Shown piece after piece: positions 37,109-50,420 of a DNA stretch of 64,000 nucleotides (position 1 is the first letter of the stretch; every line of letters starts with the position of its first letter). The DNA comes from Eledone cirrhosa (taxonomy: Eukaryota). Location of the stretch: NCBI GenBank assembly GCA_964016885.1, contig OZ024749.1, forward strand, positions 18,166,001-18,230,000, given 5' to 3'. A program made the translations under genes and the position numbers. Under the pieces are notes generated by a model, which saw nothing but the letters and a program-made list of their open reading frames with translations, was not told where the DNA came from and did no database searches.

Positions 37109-39613
37109 CTCTTTAGCATTCACATTGAATTGTCAAATGTCATGTTCATCTATTCGCATTATTTTCACTTAATTATACTCAAGAGGGTTACCAATTTTAT
37201 TTGTTTGTAATTACTTTAATTTTCTATGTGCAGACTTGAAATTTTGTCAAATAACTATAATTTACAATTATATATTTTTACCTGATTTTATTTTTGTTAA
37301 ATTTGACTTTTATGGGCAGGTGAAATTAATTAACAGGTGTAAAAGTAATAACTTTATGGATAGACACAAAAATTTAAACTTTATCTGCCTTACCTGTTAG
37401 ATTTGTTGCAAAAAAATCCAATAATGACCTAGATGCTGATTTCCATCAATTCTAGCAGTTTTCCGAATTAATTAAAAATGCAGTACAAGGTTTTAGTCTT
37501 TCTCTACATTCCAGGCAAATATTTTCATTGAAAAAAATGTATAAAACCTTTTCACCAGTCAAAATAATATTGACAATGTACGATGTAAATTTACGTAACA
37601 GAATGTTCCCAATATATAAGTTCATTAACAGGTGTGATGCAGGTGTGACACAGGTGAATGCAGGTGTTTTTGTATATGTGTTCTAATATATTTTAAAAAT
37701 ATTGTTTTCAATATTGTCAGACAATATTTCTATCGTGATACTGCCCAAAACACCCTTTACATAATGGCACTTTTCAAAAGGAACACATAAATAGGGTTTG
37801 AATTGCTTAACCTTTAACAGTTTTTCTCTTTTGCAAAGAGCACAATCGGCAAACCTTCCTCCTACCATCAATTCTCTCCACTTTGTGACAATCAATATTT
37901 TCTTTGTGAACCACTGCTAATTTTGATTTTTTCCCAGCTTTGTGTTTGCGAGAAGTATATCCTCCACGTAGCTGGGATGCAATGTCCACGCGAAACTTCA
38001 TATGACAGTAGTCCTTTGGTGGTGGCGGATCCTTGTGGCTTTTAGTAAATACAATAAAAAAATTCAAAATGGTTAAATTCACTAAAAACCACAAGATGTA
38101 CCTCCACCATTTCTTTCCAGAGTAATATGCACAATACTGGTCAGATTTGTCAACCCCACCCATATATTTATTGTAGGAGAGGTTAACTAAAGGTCTACCC
38201 TCAGCCCCAACACCTGGTTGATGGTTAGAACTCAGGAACAAAATTTGCCGTTTGTCTTTGAAAACTGTGGTTAACATGTTCCCTTTTTGCATTTGGAGAA
38301 TGTCCCCTCTGTTTTTCAGTTTCGCAACTTTTATTTCTTGGGGTAGCCCTTTCCGATTGCTCATTATTGTGCCGCAGGTGTACGTCTTTACAAGGGCAAG
38401 ATCCTCTGCTAAAAGCACCGAAGAAAAAAAAACGGTCAAAATATATATGTCTGTGTTGAGAGTGGAAGGGTTGGGTCAGCGACCACACAACATCGTACCC
38501 AACCCGTGTTTTCTCTCTCCGTTATGTTTTTTTCCTGTGTAAACATCAAAGTTTACACTGTATCCTGTGTCCGATTCACACAGTTCCCACACTTTGATGC
38601 CCCATTTGGTAGGTTTAGCTGGCATATACTGTCTGAAATGAACCCTACCCTTATACCCAATCATAGCTTCATCAACACTAAGATTTTTTCCAGGTATATA
38701 CACTTTTTAATTTTTCCGACAACATTTCAATTAATGGTCGTACTTTGTACAGTGGGTCGTAATTTGATTCATTTCTACCAGGGGCATTTGAAGTATCAAC
38801 CAGGTGCAAATACTGGTTTAATTTGATGAATCTCGTTTTTGCCATAATACTAGATATATAAGGGTCACCAAACCTTATATCAGTACTCTAATAATTCCAC
38901 AGTCTTGGAAATTGTTTAATACCAAACATAATATTTATGGTAAAAAACGCTTTCATTTCAGCAGAATCTGTCGGACCCATAACAGATCGGGTTTTCCTCG
39001 ATTAGTAATTTGTTGTTGGGCATAGCGAGTTGTCTCTTCTGCCACAACTTTGAAGAAAGTTTGTGGTAAAAATAAAAAAAAATAATCCAGTGCTTTAGCA
39101 TCGGGTAGTAATGTGTGTTGTGGTCCAGTATTTTCAGTAAAATCCGAAACATGTATTGGTGTTGTTTCTTTCAACCACGTTGCTGTTTTTTAAATGGTGT
39201 CAGTCAAATCTTCTCCTTCACTTTCAAAGTAACTATCATCATCATCAGATATATCAGAAATAAATATATCTGATTGGTTTGAAGATAAATCACTAATATT
39301 ATCTTCTGTTTCTTTTTGATCTCGAATGTTGTCGGATGTAAAACCTTCAAATTCGTTGTCGCTACTTTCGGAAGCCATGTTACACTTTCAACGTTAAAAA
39401 CACGTGTTATCGCAAGTTCTTTAACTACACTAAGAGTTAATTTTCGTGCGTAAGGGCTTTATCTCGCAGTAACCTCGAATTGACGAGATTTCGATGATGT
39501 CAATGTTTATTTTTAGGAGATCTCCATGTGGTATTAAATTTCGGTTTTGTCGGTTTGAATAAATGAAAGGGGACATAATCTTGTCGTTTTTTGTCGGTTT
39601 GAATGCTAAAGGG
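37109..39613 (-). mobile_element. piggyBac transposon nested in the hAT transposase
   Basis: TTAA|CTCTTTAGCATTCA ... TGAATGCTAAAGGG TIRs. The right TTAA is partly deleted. Confidence 0.88.
37750..39378 (-). pseudogene. piggyBac (PGBD4-like) transposase, frameshifted
   Basis: Acidic N-terminus, SVDEAMIGYKGR..QYMPAKPTKWGIKVW, YFDRFF, YNKYMGGVDKSDQ, KKWW, Cys-rich C-terminus. Confidence 0.88.
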
Positions 39614-40104
39614 AAGAAACCGACTCAAGTTTTGGCTTTCTTCTTGATGTCAACTATCTGTTTTATTTGGCTGCTCCTGATAACCTTGTCCTTAAACAAA
39701 GGTGCAACAGTCTTGCGGAACTATACAACTCCGACATCGACGGAGAGCAATTGTATGAGGAAATCTTGGACTGCCGATCTTTGCTGGCTACTAGGACAGC
39801 TGACCCAATTTTAAAGCCGGAGGCACTTCTCCAATTCATCGTACAATACGGTGATGAATGTGTTTTTCCCAATTTGCGAATCAGCATTCAAATAATGTTG
39901 ACGATTTCTATTTCAATTGCCAGTTACGAGAGGTCGTTCAGCAAACTGAAGCTAATACATTCGTATTTGCGAACCTCAATGGGCCAACAACGGCTGACTG
40001 ACCTCGCCCTTTTGAGTGTAGAAATCGAAGAGTTTGAACGAACTGATTTCGAAGAAATTATCAACCAGTTTGCCTCATTAAAAGCCCGAAAAATCAAGTT
40101 GTAA
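39614..40104 (+). pseudogene. hAT transposase C-terminal dimerisation domain
   Basis: FPNLRI.IQIMLT..SIAS.ERSFSKLKLI.SYLRTSMGQ.RL.DLALLSVE. Confidence 0.85.
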
Positions 40105-40218
40105 CCGTTTTTTGTTTTTTTATTATAAATTCTACCGCAATTTCGTCTATGTGGATCTTGACTTTTTTTAATTCAATTTTGATGCTTGCCCTGGACGCCG
40201 TTTACCCTAGCTACGCCA

Positions 40219-40292
<74 letters not shown>

Positions 40293-40307
40293 TATTTAAG
40301 TATCTAA

Positions 40308-41309
40308 GACTTTCTAACATAGCAATCATCTCCTCTCCTGGTGACATGTCAACACCAGTTTAACTGCCATCTTTTTATTAGTAGGAGTTAATTGTTCCTC
40401 TATATATTTTTCTTACTTCTTTTCTATCTTTCTCTGGGAGAAATCGGCTGTGTTTAGACCAGGAGTTATGAGTCTATATGAATTCATACAATATCTGATT
40501 TCACTTGAAGTTTTATTCAGATCTCAATTGTGTTCAGACGAGAGAGGTGATGGGCTCCATCAGGTTTTAAAATATGCCCGAGAAATACTATATGTCACTT
40601 AGAGTACCCATACGACTCCACCAGTGTTTCATTTGTTTAGGAATATGTCAGTAGAAGGGAAAACTGGGCCCTGATCACCTCAGTGTGCTAGAAAGGTGTA
40701 GGTAGAAATTCTATTCTCTGTCCAAAATACAAACAATAGGTACACAAGAGATGTAGTGGGATCTCAGGTAGGTTAGCTAAGAATATAGGTTTTACATGTG
40801 GCCATTGCACTGGAGCAGTAAGCAGCAAACACTCACAGGAAGCAATGATCGACTTTCGTCAAACTGGACCGAGGAAACAATGTTTCCATTGGTCTTTCCA
40901 ATTGCTAATACTATCTGTCGGTTGCAACTCCAGGTAGAAGGAGCAATGTGAAATAAAATGTCTTGCTCAAGGACATAACGCATCACCCGGTCGGTTAATC
41001 GAACTCACAACCTCACGATTGTGAATCTAATTCTCTAACCACTCAGCCACATGCCTTCACAGGAAACAAGCTCTAACAAACTCTTGGCGGGTCACATAGA
41101 AGAGGTAGACAGCTTCTGCTACCTGGGTGATGATATCATCAGTGGAGGTGGGTGTTCTGAAAGTAGAGCAGCCTGAGTGAACATGGAATGGAAAAGGTTC
41201 AGGATGCTACTATCACTGCAACTCAAAACAAAGGGCAGGTTGAATAATGCGTGTATACGAACAGTTTAATACATATATATATATATATATATTTATATAA
41301 TTGTGTGTT

Positions 41310-41372
<63 letters not shown>

Positions 41373-42580
41373 TAAGACAATGACACTGGACTGAGATCTT
41401 TGGCGCTACTCAACAATACAGAAGACCCGCCTTGCCTATGTACAAAGCGAAACCTACAGTCAGTAGACACCTCTTAACCAAATATACACCCCCATCCCAC
41501 TATCCCTACTCCACCCCCATCTACACCACCCCTTTCTCTGTAAAGTTATGTTGGTACCACAACATCCAGTCCTAAATAAATGAGGTTGTGTAGGTGTCGC
41601 GACAAAAAAACACACAGTCCACGCTGTAATGTGGCCGTGTAGGTAACACGGTAAAAACCTCCCAGTCCACACTGTAAACGTGGTTGGTGTTAGGAAGGGC
41701 ATCCAGCCGTAGAAAACCTGCCAACAGTCCTATACGAGCAAGACAACCAAACTTGCCTCAAGTGGGACAATTCCCGTCTAAACCCATGCTAGCATGGAAG
41801 ATAGACGTTAAACGATGATGATATATATACATATATATATATAAATATCTCTCTATATATGTATAAATATTTATACATATATATATACATACATATAAAT
41901 ATCTATATATAAATAGTAGCTGCCCCCTCATTATCGAGTATGGCCATTGCACAAGAAGGAGAAGAAAAAGAAACATAATATTAATAATAATAATAATAAT
42001 AATAATTGTTTCTACTTTAGGCACAAGGCCAGCAACTACCCAGTACATTACTGGTACTTTATTTTATCGACCCCGTAAGGATGAAAGGCAAAGTTAACCT
42101 CGGCGGGATTTGAACTCAGACTGTAAAGGGACGTAACTATGCTAGAAAGCATGGCGTCCAACCCTCTACCGATACTGCCAATTCACCGCCCTTTAATAAT
42201 AATAATAATAATAATGACAACAACAACAATAATAATATACACATATCATCATCATGCAGTGGGAGGTGGTGGGGGCATATTGTCTATATGCTTCAGCTTC
42301 GGCTTGTACCCGGGGGTCGGGGGCTTTTCTGTATTACTGCGTGACACCAGAGGTCACGTTCGTGTGTCATCGCCCTTGAGAGGTGCAATTGGATAAGGTC
42401 GGCTTTTATCACCTCATCCCAGATCTTCTTGTGTCTCGCCACTCCGTGGTTTCCATCGACTTCTATGCAGCTGTCATCCTTCATACGCATCATGTCCATA
42501 CCAACGCAACTGCCTCTCCTGCACACAGCATTATTTGATTCCTCTTATGCTCAGTCTCTCTCACAATTCATTTATGCTTT
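40308..42580 (-). repeat. Inverted segmental duplicate of 7237-9303
   Basis: Colinear reverse-complement match across several unrelated repeats and unique sequence. Extra SINE at 42006-42192. Confidence 0.85.
42006..42192 (-). mobile_element. tRNA-derived SINE (family 1) in (TAA)n
   Basis: Same family as 32-192. Absent at the paralogous site near 7620. Confidence 0.8.
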
Positions 42581-42701
<121 letters not shown>

Positions 42702-42717
42702 GTATATATAAATATAT

Positions 42718-42852
<135 letters not shown>

Positions 42853-42862
42853 TATATATATA

Positions 42863-42980
<118 letters not shown>

Positions 42981-43054
42981 AATCTCTCTATATATATATA
43001 TAAATATATATATATATAAATCTATATATATATATATATAAATATATATATATA

Positions 43055-43106
<52 letters not shown>

Positions 43107-43136
43107 AATATATATATATATAAATATATAAATATA

Positions 43137-44520
43137 TCATCATCATCATCATCATCATTTTACGTCTGCTTTTCCCTGCTTGCAAGGGTGGGACGGGTCT
43201 TACTCAGCACAGCATCTGTCCACTCGTCACGGTGCTTCGTCATCTCCACCGTGAGCTTCAATGATCTGAGGTCTGTTCTCACCACCTCCGCCCATGTTTT
43301 TCGTGGTCTACCTCTACCACGTCTTCCTTCAACTGGCATTTCCTGGCACTTCTTCACCCATCGGTCATCCTCCATGTGCATCACATGTCCATACCACCTC
43401 AGTCTCCTCTCCCGTACACTACATTCTATCCCTCTCAGACACAGTTTCTCTCTCAACACATTTATGCTGGGTCGTTTACGCACATTTACACTGCAGATCC
43501 AACGGAGCATGCTTGCCTCATTTCTCTCCAGCCGTCGCATATCCTCTGCAGTTGCTGCCCATGTCTCACTACCATGCAGCATCGTGCTCCTCACACAGGC
43601 ATCATACAACCGGTCTTTCGTACGCAGCGAGAAACCCTTCTTCGTCAACAGAGGAAGCAGCTCCCTAAACTTCTTCCAACCCGTCCTTATTCTAGATACT
43701 ATGGCCTCGGAACACCCTCCTCCCATGCTAATCTGATCTAGGTACCAGAAGCTATCCACCACTTCTATAGCGCCCTCCTGCATTTGAAAAATGTGTCTAT
43801 CAATGTGACTTCTACTGTCTAATTTCCCTGTACATCTACTGCATACATATTTCTCCCTACCTTATAGTTTGCCTGCTATCCCGCTACATCTCTTGTGTAC
43901 CCAGGATCTGCATTGTGTGCATTTTATAGAATTTATGCTAGTTCCTTTTCTGCATATCGAACATGGCCATTTCCCTGACGGAATCAGAGTTTTGTCCTCT
44001 TTTCTACTCATCAACACTTTTGTCTTAGCTAGGTTCACTCTCAGTCCTCTTGCTTCCAACTGCTGTTTCCATAGCCAGAATTTATTCTCTAGCTCCTCTA
44101 CTGATTCTGCTATAAGAACCAGATCATCAGCATAGAGAAGTTCCCATGGACAGCCAGTCTTAACTCCTCTGTTATGGCTTGGAGGACTATAATGAACAAG
44201 AGCGGGCTGAGGACCGAACCTTGATGTACTCCTACTTGTATCTGGAATTCCTCACTAAACTCCATTCCTACCCTGACTTTACTGAGAGTACCTCTGTACA
44301 AAGTTTGCACTGTCCTCACAAGCCATTCCTCAACACCTAGCTTCCTTAGGGACCACCAGATGACAGATCGGGTACCCTATCAAAGGCCTTCTCTAGGTCA
44401 ACAAAGGCTAAGTATAGTGGCTTATTTTTCTCTAAGAACCTCTCTTGTAATTGAGAAGAGAGGGCATCTGTTGTACTCTTCCCAGGCACAAAACCAAACT
44501 GCATTGTGTCAACATTGAGT
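43137..44520 (-). mobile_element. RTE LINE, 5'-truncated
   Basis: QFGFVPGKSTTDA, VGVHQGSVLSPLLF, WPCSICRKG, MLHGSETW, RRLRWYGHV, (GAT)n tail. Confidence 0.92.
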
Positions 44521-44984
44521 GTTGCAACCTGAGATGCGACGTCTCTCATATTTTGTTGTTGTTCCTATTTGTTGCTGTGCTGATAAGCGTTTTGGCATTG
44601 ATACACTGGTTGGATGCCCTTCCTAACACCAGCGCCACTTTACAGCATGGACTGGGTGCTTTTATTTGTGCCACCAGCACTAGAGAGGATGTCTTACTAG
44701 ACTCAAGGGCCCTCCATTTTACAGCATGAAATTAAAAAAAAACAAAAAAAAAAACACTCATTGACACGACACACACACCACACTCACACACCACCGCTCA
44801 TGCATACAGACTACAAACACGCACACGCCACTCACATACCAACACTCATTCATGCATACAAACACACACACCACTCACAACACACACACACATATATATA
44901 TATATTACCGGCAGTACTGATACAAATACAAAATCAAAATCATGTCAACTGTTGACTTTTCCCAGTCCAGTTCAGTTTTATATA

Positions 44985-45345
44985 ATAATAATAATAATAA
45001 TTGTTTGCTTTACGCTGGTAATGGTGGTGGTGGTGAATGGTGTCAGTATGGTGATGGTGGTGGTGGTGGGTGGTCAGTGATGGTGGTGGCAGTTGTTGTT
45101 GCTGTAGTTGTTATTGTAGTTGCTGCTGCTGTTGCTGTTGCTGTTGTTGTTGTTGCTGCTGCTGCCGTTGTTGTTGTTCTTCATTTCACTGATGCTGCAG
45201 ACAATGGTGTTGATGCTGTTACTGTAGTCGCATATATATAAATAAATACATACACACACATTCAACACAGACAATGGTGTTGTTGCCGTTGTTGTTGTTG
45301 TGTCGTTGCTGTTGTTGTTGTTGTTGTTGTAGTTGTTGCTGTGTT
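44985..45345. repeat. Trinucleotide microsatellite mosaic (TAA/GGT/GTT/GCT)
   Basis: Direct reading. Confidence 0.85.
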
Positions 45346-45889
45346 GAAATCTGGTCGCATCACTGAGATATACATATACACACACACATACACACACATA
45401 TATATATATGTATATACACATACATACATCAAAAGAGTTAGCAGTATGTCAACAGAGAACAGGTCATCCACCTTAGATAGAGTAATGAGTATGTGGTGAT
45501 GGTGGGGAGCGAGTGTAGACGTTATTGTTATTGTGTGGTGGGGGTCAGTGAGATGTACAAGTTCATAGATCACTTGTCTCTTTTCCTTTCTCTTCAAATT
45601 TTGAATTTATGGCCTTTTGCAATGGCGGACAAGTATATATATATATATATAATATATAAGAAGCAAAGAAAATTTCAATGGATACGAAAGATTTCCTGTG
45701 GAAGTTCAGGTGTACTCAGAGTTGGTATCCAGTTTCGGGTGAAAATCCAATTAGAAAATCCAACGAATTTTGAGAGGTCCACGTAAGCATTGATATATAT
45801 ATGTATGTAAAATGTAAACAGAAATAACAACACATATACTAATGAACATGTTTTTACATTAAACACAGAGGGACATCTGTAAATGATAA

Positions 45890-46048
45890 TTGTTTCTACT
45901 TTTGGCACAAGGCCAGCAATTACCCAGTGCATTACTGTACTTTATTTTATCGACCCCGTAAGGATGAAAGGCCAAGTCAACCTCGGCGGATTTGAACTCA
46001 GATCGTAAAGGGACGTAACTATCTACGATACTGCCAATCCACCGCCCT
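45890..46048 (-). mobile_element. tRNA-derived SINE (family 1)
   Basis: Family match. ACATCTGTAAATGATAAT is duplicated on the flanks. Confidence 0.75.
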
Positions 46049-46256
46049 TTTGACACGACACACACATCTGTAAATGATAATAACAATATTTAGATATAAA
46101 TGTACATATCTCTATTGGTCTCTTAATTTTTTTTATTCCTTGTGTGTAGCAACACGTGGTTGTGTGTTGCTGCTGACTCTAGCAGAGCCCAAGAAAACAC
46201 GTCTTGCCTAACAGCCGCCGGGTGATTGATATATATATAAATAAATATATAATATA

Positions 46257-47117
46257 CTAGCAGTAAAGCCCGGCGTTGCTCGGGGTCCCTCAGTAGCTGT
46301 GTTAAAGTTACAATGTTAAGTTTCTTTCTTGGCTTAAAAACTGTAGTGTCTACTGTGCAGACTTGCATGTGGTGTTTTGATTAATATTCCCTCAACCAAC
46401 AATATGCCTTATGAAGTTATGAAAACATAACGATAACCCGAATGTTATAACAAAAGAGGATGCTAGGGATAGAAACTGCACTGGTTATTTATTAACAAAG
46501 ATCGAAAATGTAAACACTCTGCAACGCAGAGAAAAACATTAGCGTAACAAATTATCAGTTATGTCTGTCTGCACGCCTAATTACCTCTCTGCACGACTGT
46601 CTGTCTGCACGCCTATATCACCTCTCTGCACGACTGTCTGTCTGCACGCCTATATCACCTCTCTGCACGACTGTCTGTCTGCACGCCTAACGACGAAATA
46701 TTTGCTTGTTTTACGTAGTCTTTAAATAGACTTGTTTTCAAGTAAAAATATTGTTTTAAAATGCTTTTAAATGGAAATGAAGCAAAACGGAAGCTTAGTG
46801 TTCGAACTGATGAATTTTGCAGGTCAATATTTTGCTGGCTCGACAACTGTCGTAAAGCCAGCGTAATTTTTTACGTAAGACGCTCAATGTAAACAGAACA
46901 AAGGGAAATAACTGATCACTTACGCTCAAAAATCGATACATTATATTCGATTTCGTCAGATAGGGCGGGTCAATTTGAAATATTTTTTTCCCGATGTCTT
47001 CGCTAGGGCTCAATGTACAAGTATAGCAATTTCGGTGCAATTCCGTGAGAGATTCTAAGAGAGATGTGTGCCAAAAATCGATAGACAGACAGACAACCAC
47101 AGTTTTATATATATAGA
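46257..47117 (-). mobile_element. Non-autonomous Helitron
   Basis: Minus strand: A|TC 5' end, 3' hairpin CCCG..CGGG (46269-46284), then CTAG|T. Internal ~37-bp tandem repeats at 46563-46690. Confidence 0.8.
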
Positions 47118-47311
47118 TAAGATCAAAAGATGTTTAAAAGAGTTCCATGTATTTCCATGTATTTCCATGCGCATTTCAAAAACAAATATCATCATCCAAT
47201 AGCATTTGCGTTTTCGTCAGATAAAATAGGGAGACATAATAGTGCAGTTTTAAATCAACATATTATTGCTTTATTGTACTACAATAAAACTTACCTCCTA
47301 CATATATAAAT

Positions 47312-47368
<57 letters not shown>

Positions 47369-47369
47369 A

Positions 47370-47456
<87 letters not shown>

Positions 47457-47531
47457 TATATATATAAATATATATATATATAAATATATATATATATAAA
47501 TATATATATAATATATATATATATAAATATA

Positions 47532-47645
47532 TAAGTTGAAAAAAATGAAACGAAATTTCATTTCACACTCTTAGTATGGCACTTACTTAAATGTAAGTAT
47601 GTATGTATACGTACATACATATATGTATACAGACGTACAGTAGCA

Positions 47646-47733
<88 letters not shown>

Positions 47734-48172
47734 TATGCATACAGGTACACATACATATATGTACGCATCAGTTAGCCGACGTTTATTATAACGCCGGCCG
47801 CTTTTGTTCGTTTTTGTCAACAAAGCGAACAGCCTGAATTTATGCCATACGGTGTTAAGGCAACCACGTCACCTTTTGTTCAACACTGACACAGGAACGA
47901 TGTACTAGTTTCAAGCTTGTTAGCTATCATCAGCACCGTTTACCCATCTGCCAGATAGTTGAACGTTCGAAAGTATATACTTTCCTTATGAAAATTAACG
48001 GTGAGCAGCCTAATTGCATATTGAGTGAGTTAAATCGGTCAGGCATACCGAAAACGATAAGTTGAAAAAAATGAAAACGAAATTTCATTTCTCACTCTTA
48101 GTATGGCACTTACTTAAATGTAAGTATGTATGTATACGTACATACATATATGTATACAGACGTACAGTAGCA

Positions 48173-48260
<88 letters not shown>

Positions 48261-48422
48261 TATGCATACAGGTACACATACATATATGTACGCATCAGTT
48301 TAGCCGACGTTTATTATAACGGCGGCCGCTTTGTTGACAAACAAACGAGCAAAGCGGCCGGCGTTATAATAAACGTCGGCTAAACTGATGCGTACATATA
48401 TGTATGTGTACCTGTATGCATA

Positions 48423-48461
<39 letters not shown>

Positions 48462-48578
48462 GCATGCTACTGTACGTCTGTATACATATATGTATGTACG
48501 TATACATACATACTTACATTTAAGTAAGTGCCATACTAAGAGTGAGAAATGAAATTTCGTTTCATTTTTTTCACTTAT
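47532..48578. mobile_element. Family A: ~1.5 tandem units on - (period 526) joined to an inverted partial unit on +
   Basis: TAAGTTGAAAAAAATG repeats at 47532 and 48058. Inversion junction near 48340. Confidence 0.8.
47896..47940 (-). ncRNA. Minimal type I hammerhead ribozyme (family A)
   Basis: aacggtg-CTGATGA-t.agct(aaca)agct.t-GAAA-CTAG-TA-catcgtt. Confidence 0.75.
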
Positions 48579-48604
48579 ATATATATTTATATATATATAT
48601 TATT

Positions 48605-48653
<49 letters not shown>

Positions 48654-48660
48654 ATATATA

Positions 48661-48709
<49 letters not shown>

Positions 48710-48711
48710 AA

Positions 48712-49378
48712 TAGTCGAGGAATCTAGGAGCAGTTTAGGTATGATACATTTATTACTAATTATATCTAAATGTTTCTTCTCTCTTCATAATGTATTTTAA
48801 CTCTGATACTGGTTCAGTCTAATTCAACCGGATTGGTCTGTCCCAGTCATTCATTGAGCAACATCGGTAAGGTTGGCACCATTAACTCACGGTTGGGTGT
48901 GGATGCATTCATGTATATGTGTGTGTCCGCATGTATCTGTGTGTTTCTAAATATATTGTTCATAACTCCCTCTGGTCGAGTAATCTTTGAAGTGTGGTGA
49001 CTGCTGGAAAGCTGCCATTACTCATACTTCTCGTCTCCTTCACCACCTCTTCTACGGCTTCGATATAAATACCCCCTCCGCCTCCGTGGTATTTTCTTCG
49101 GGGTTATAAGAGGCTTAGCTCTGTTTCTCGACCGTTATATTGCGTGACTATCTCCCCCTCCGCCTTTTGGGATTCTTTCTCACGTCGTGTAGACGCGTTC
49201 TTGAATCTAGTAAAATGAGGTATCCTCTTGATAAGTCGGCAGACCTCGCAAGGACTCTATATCTTTATGATGTATTGTTTTTGTTTATGCCACGAAACTA
49301 CGTAGTCGAGGAATCTAGGAGCAGTTTAGGTATGATACATTTTATTACTAATTATATCTAAATGTTTCTTCTCTCTTC

Positions 49379-49383
<5 letters not shown>
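48712..49383 (+). mobile_element. HHR-containing non-coding unit (family B), 591-bp period with ~80-bp terminal redundancy, in (TA)n
   Basis: 48712-48791 is repeated at 49303-49383. Confidence 0.75.
49223..49312 (+). ncRNA. Type I hammerhead ribozyme, variant core UUGAUAA, long loop II
   Basis: tcctc-TTGATAA-gtcggca...tgccac-GAAAC-TACGTA-GTC-gagga. Confidence 0.6.
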
Positions 49384-49422
<39 letters not shown>

Positions 49423-49426
<4 letters not shown>

Positions 49427-49856
49427 TGCTACTGTACGTCTGTATGCATATATGTATGTACGTATACATACATACTTATATTTAAGTAAGTGCCGTATTA
49501 AGAGTGAGAAATGAAATTTCGTTTTCATTTTATTACAACTTATCGTTTTCGGTACGCCTGACCGATTTAACTCACTCGATATGCAAATTAGGCTGCTCAG
49601 CCGTTAATTTTCATAAGGAAAGTATATACTTTCGAACGTTCAACCATCTGGCAGAAGGGTATACGGTACTGACGATAGCTAACAAGCTTGAAACTAGTAC
49701 ATCGTTCCTGTGTCAGTGTTGAACAAAAAGGTGACGTGGTTGCCTTAACAACGTACGGCATAAATTCAGGCTGTTCAGTTTGTTTACAAACGGACAAAGC
49801 GGGCGTTATAATAAGCGTCCGCTAAACTGATGCGTACATATATGTATGTGTACCTG

Positions 49857-49860
<4 letters not shown>
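49423..49860 (+). mobile_element. Family A monomer bounded by (TA)n, HHR at 49663-49705
   Basis: Matches the reverse complement of 47532-48333 in a different permutation. CTGACGA..GAAACTAGTA. Confidence 0.8.
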
Positions 49861-49916
<56 letters not shown>

Positions 49917-50148
49917 TAAACGGAATAGAAAATGCTGAGAAATTGTTCACAGTTGAAAAATGGTTTAATTAGGAATAAAAGAGTATTAGTGATTGTATGG
50001 GTTAGTATTCAGTTGTGGTTCCTGTGTCAGTGTTGAACAAAAAGGTGACGTGGTTGCCTTAACACCGTACGGCATAAATTCAGGCTGTTCAGTTTGTTTA
50101 CAAACGAACAAAGCGGGCGTTATAATATATATATATATAAATATGTAT

Positions 50149-50250
<102 letters not shown>

Positions 50251-50287
50251 AATATATATATATATAAATAAATATATATATATAAAT

Positions 50288-50320
<33 letters not shown>

Positions 50321-50375
50321 AACATATATATATATAAATATATATAAATATATATATATATATATAAATATATTA

Positions 50376-50420
<45 letters not shown>

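Larger units (their letters stand above)
35524..40221 (+). mobile_element. hAT DNA transposon (decayed) inserted in (TA)n
   Basis: Perfect 18-bp TIRs CAGTGGCGTAGCTAGGGT / ACCCTAGCTACGCCACTG. Transposase fragments inside. Confidence 0.92.

Noticed and set aside
45600-45790. Promoter or first exon (ATGGCGG motif, CAC|GTAAGC donor)
   Set aside because: Short motifs only; unsupported without transcript data.
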